From IMG/VR virus record IMGVR_UViG_3300017713_000069, positions 1 through 26,750 of that record: a DNA stretch of 26,750 nucleotides; one strand, 5' to 3'. The position numbers and the translations under genes are program-made. The DNA comes from a virus. Its lineage: Duplodnaviria; Caudoviricetes. The notes under the pieces are model-generated. The model was not told where the DNA came from. It did no database searches and saw only the letters and a list, made by a program, of their open reading frames with translations. Shown here piece after piece: positions 25,890 to 26,750 of the stretch (position 1 is the stretch's first letter; every line of letters begins with the position of its first letter).

Positions 25890-26750
25890 TACATTAAAGA
25901 AGTTTGAACGTGTACCTCTTCCTCTGTTTTCAATCTTATCCATTTGCCGGCTGCATCTCTGTTTTTTTCTGGAGCAACCCCTGTCTTGTAAACAGCATAA
26001 GCTTCAAGCCATTTATTAAATCTCACTTGTGTAATAGATAGTCGTGACTTAGGCCCGTAATCTGAATAGTCTGTGATAAATTCATGATACAATGGGTTTG
26101 TGTGCATTTTTTCACCCCGAGGTATTATTCTACTTGCATCTGTTCCTTGTATCAATCCTACCCACTCAATAAATTCATAAGAGGTTTCTGCTGACAGTTG
26201 TCGTACCGCAAGGTTTACAAACTTACTCCTCAAAAGCCCTGTGCCTAAATAACTTTGCATGCAACCCACCATGTAGTTATCAAACTGACACCAATCTTCA
26301 TCATTCCAATCGCCAAACATTAACTTGTCAAACTCATCTAAAGGTGTAAAGTTTTTGTTGTAGTGTTGGTGTAACTCTAACTCCCACTTACGTCTGGCAA
26401 ATGAATTACCAGCTCCTTTGATGGCGTAATTAGTTGTAATAGCAATCTTAGGAGACTTGCTAAAGGGTATTTTAATAGCGTCTTTGTTTTTCTTTTCTAA
26501 GGTCAATCCCTCAGTTACTACAGAAAATAACCTTTCAAAATCAAAATGTTTCTTTACATCATCAAAAACTAATATCTGAGTGTCTGCTGAGACAAGCTGA
26601 TATGCAAAAGACTTTTCAAAAGCAAACGACTTTCCGTCAATAGTCACAACTTTTTTCATGTGTTGCAAAGCATTCATGAACAAGCCTTTACCTGTGCCGC
26701 CCTCTGGATTGTCGGATATAACTTCGTCATTTAAAATAACCGCAGGACAG
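25889..26750 (-). CDS. Primase-associated SF3-type helicase domain (C-terminal part, 5' end outside the window)
   Basis: Frame stays open to the window edge: CPAVILNDEVISDNPEGGTGKGLFMN (Walker A GGTGKG), ILVFDDV (Walker B), IAITTNY (motif C), SFARR. Confidence 0.85.
   Translation of the reverse strand, partial: CPAVILNDEVISDNPEGGTGKGLFMNALQHMKKVVTIDGKSFAFEKSFAYQLVSADTQILVFDDVKKHFDFERLFSVVTEGLTLEKKNKDAIKIPFSKSPKIAITTNYAIKGAGNSFARRKWELELHQHYNKNFTPLDEFDKLMFGDWNDEDWCQFDNYMVGCMQSYLGTGLLRSKFVNLAVRQLSAETSYEFIEWVGLIQGTDASRIIPRGEKMHTNPLYHEFITDYSDYGPKSRLSITQVRFNKWLEAYAVYKTGVAPEKNRDAAGKWIRLKTEEEVHVQTSLM

Noticed and set aside
1-26750. Stop-codon reassignment as in some crAss-like phages; tRNAs, CRISPR arrays, introns/inteins, integrase, lysis genes
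   Set aside because: Genes tile the window under the standard code, with TAA, TAG and TGA all used as stops. No such elements were recognisable by eye.

Overview
AT-rich (roughly mid-30s % GC by eye), densely coding segment of a tailed dsDNA phage with a podovirus-type, crAss-like virion module. Several TAnnTTTG promoter elements point to a Bacteroidota (probably Flavobacteriia) host. The + strand (1-21573) carries the 3' end of the probable major capsid gene, ring/tail-tube proteins, a muzzle (tail stabilisation) protein that appears split into two genes around a Cys-rich fibre-like gene, a cupin, and three internal/ejection proteins, the last a 2804-aa polyvalent-type protein with zincin motifs. 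The converging - strand (21567-26750) is a replication/early module: primase-associated SF3 helicase (partial), SF2 helicase, VRR-NUC nuclease, DnaA-C-terminal HTH protein, metallophosphoesterase and a PD-(D/E)XK-like protein. The most interesting signals are hidden inside the giant gene and absent from the ORF track. One is an A10 slippery run opening a -1 frame that ends in RQARFGFSWGRWFIGVIRY. The other is a pair of tandem +1-frame small ORFs (MPFKSEKQRRWMWANKPEMAKKW... and MMQNKQ...). There is also a promoter-hairpin-terminator cassette at 856-972 that looks like a small RNA gene. All family assignments come from motifs and gene order; no database search was run.
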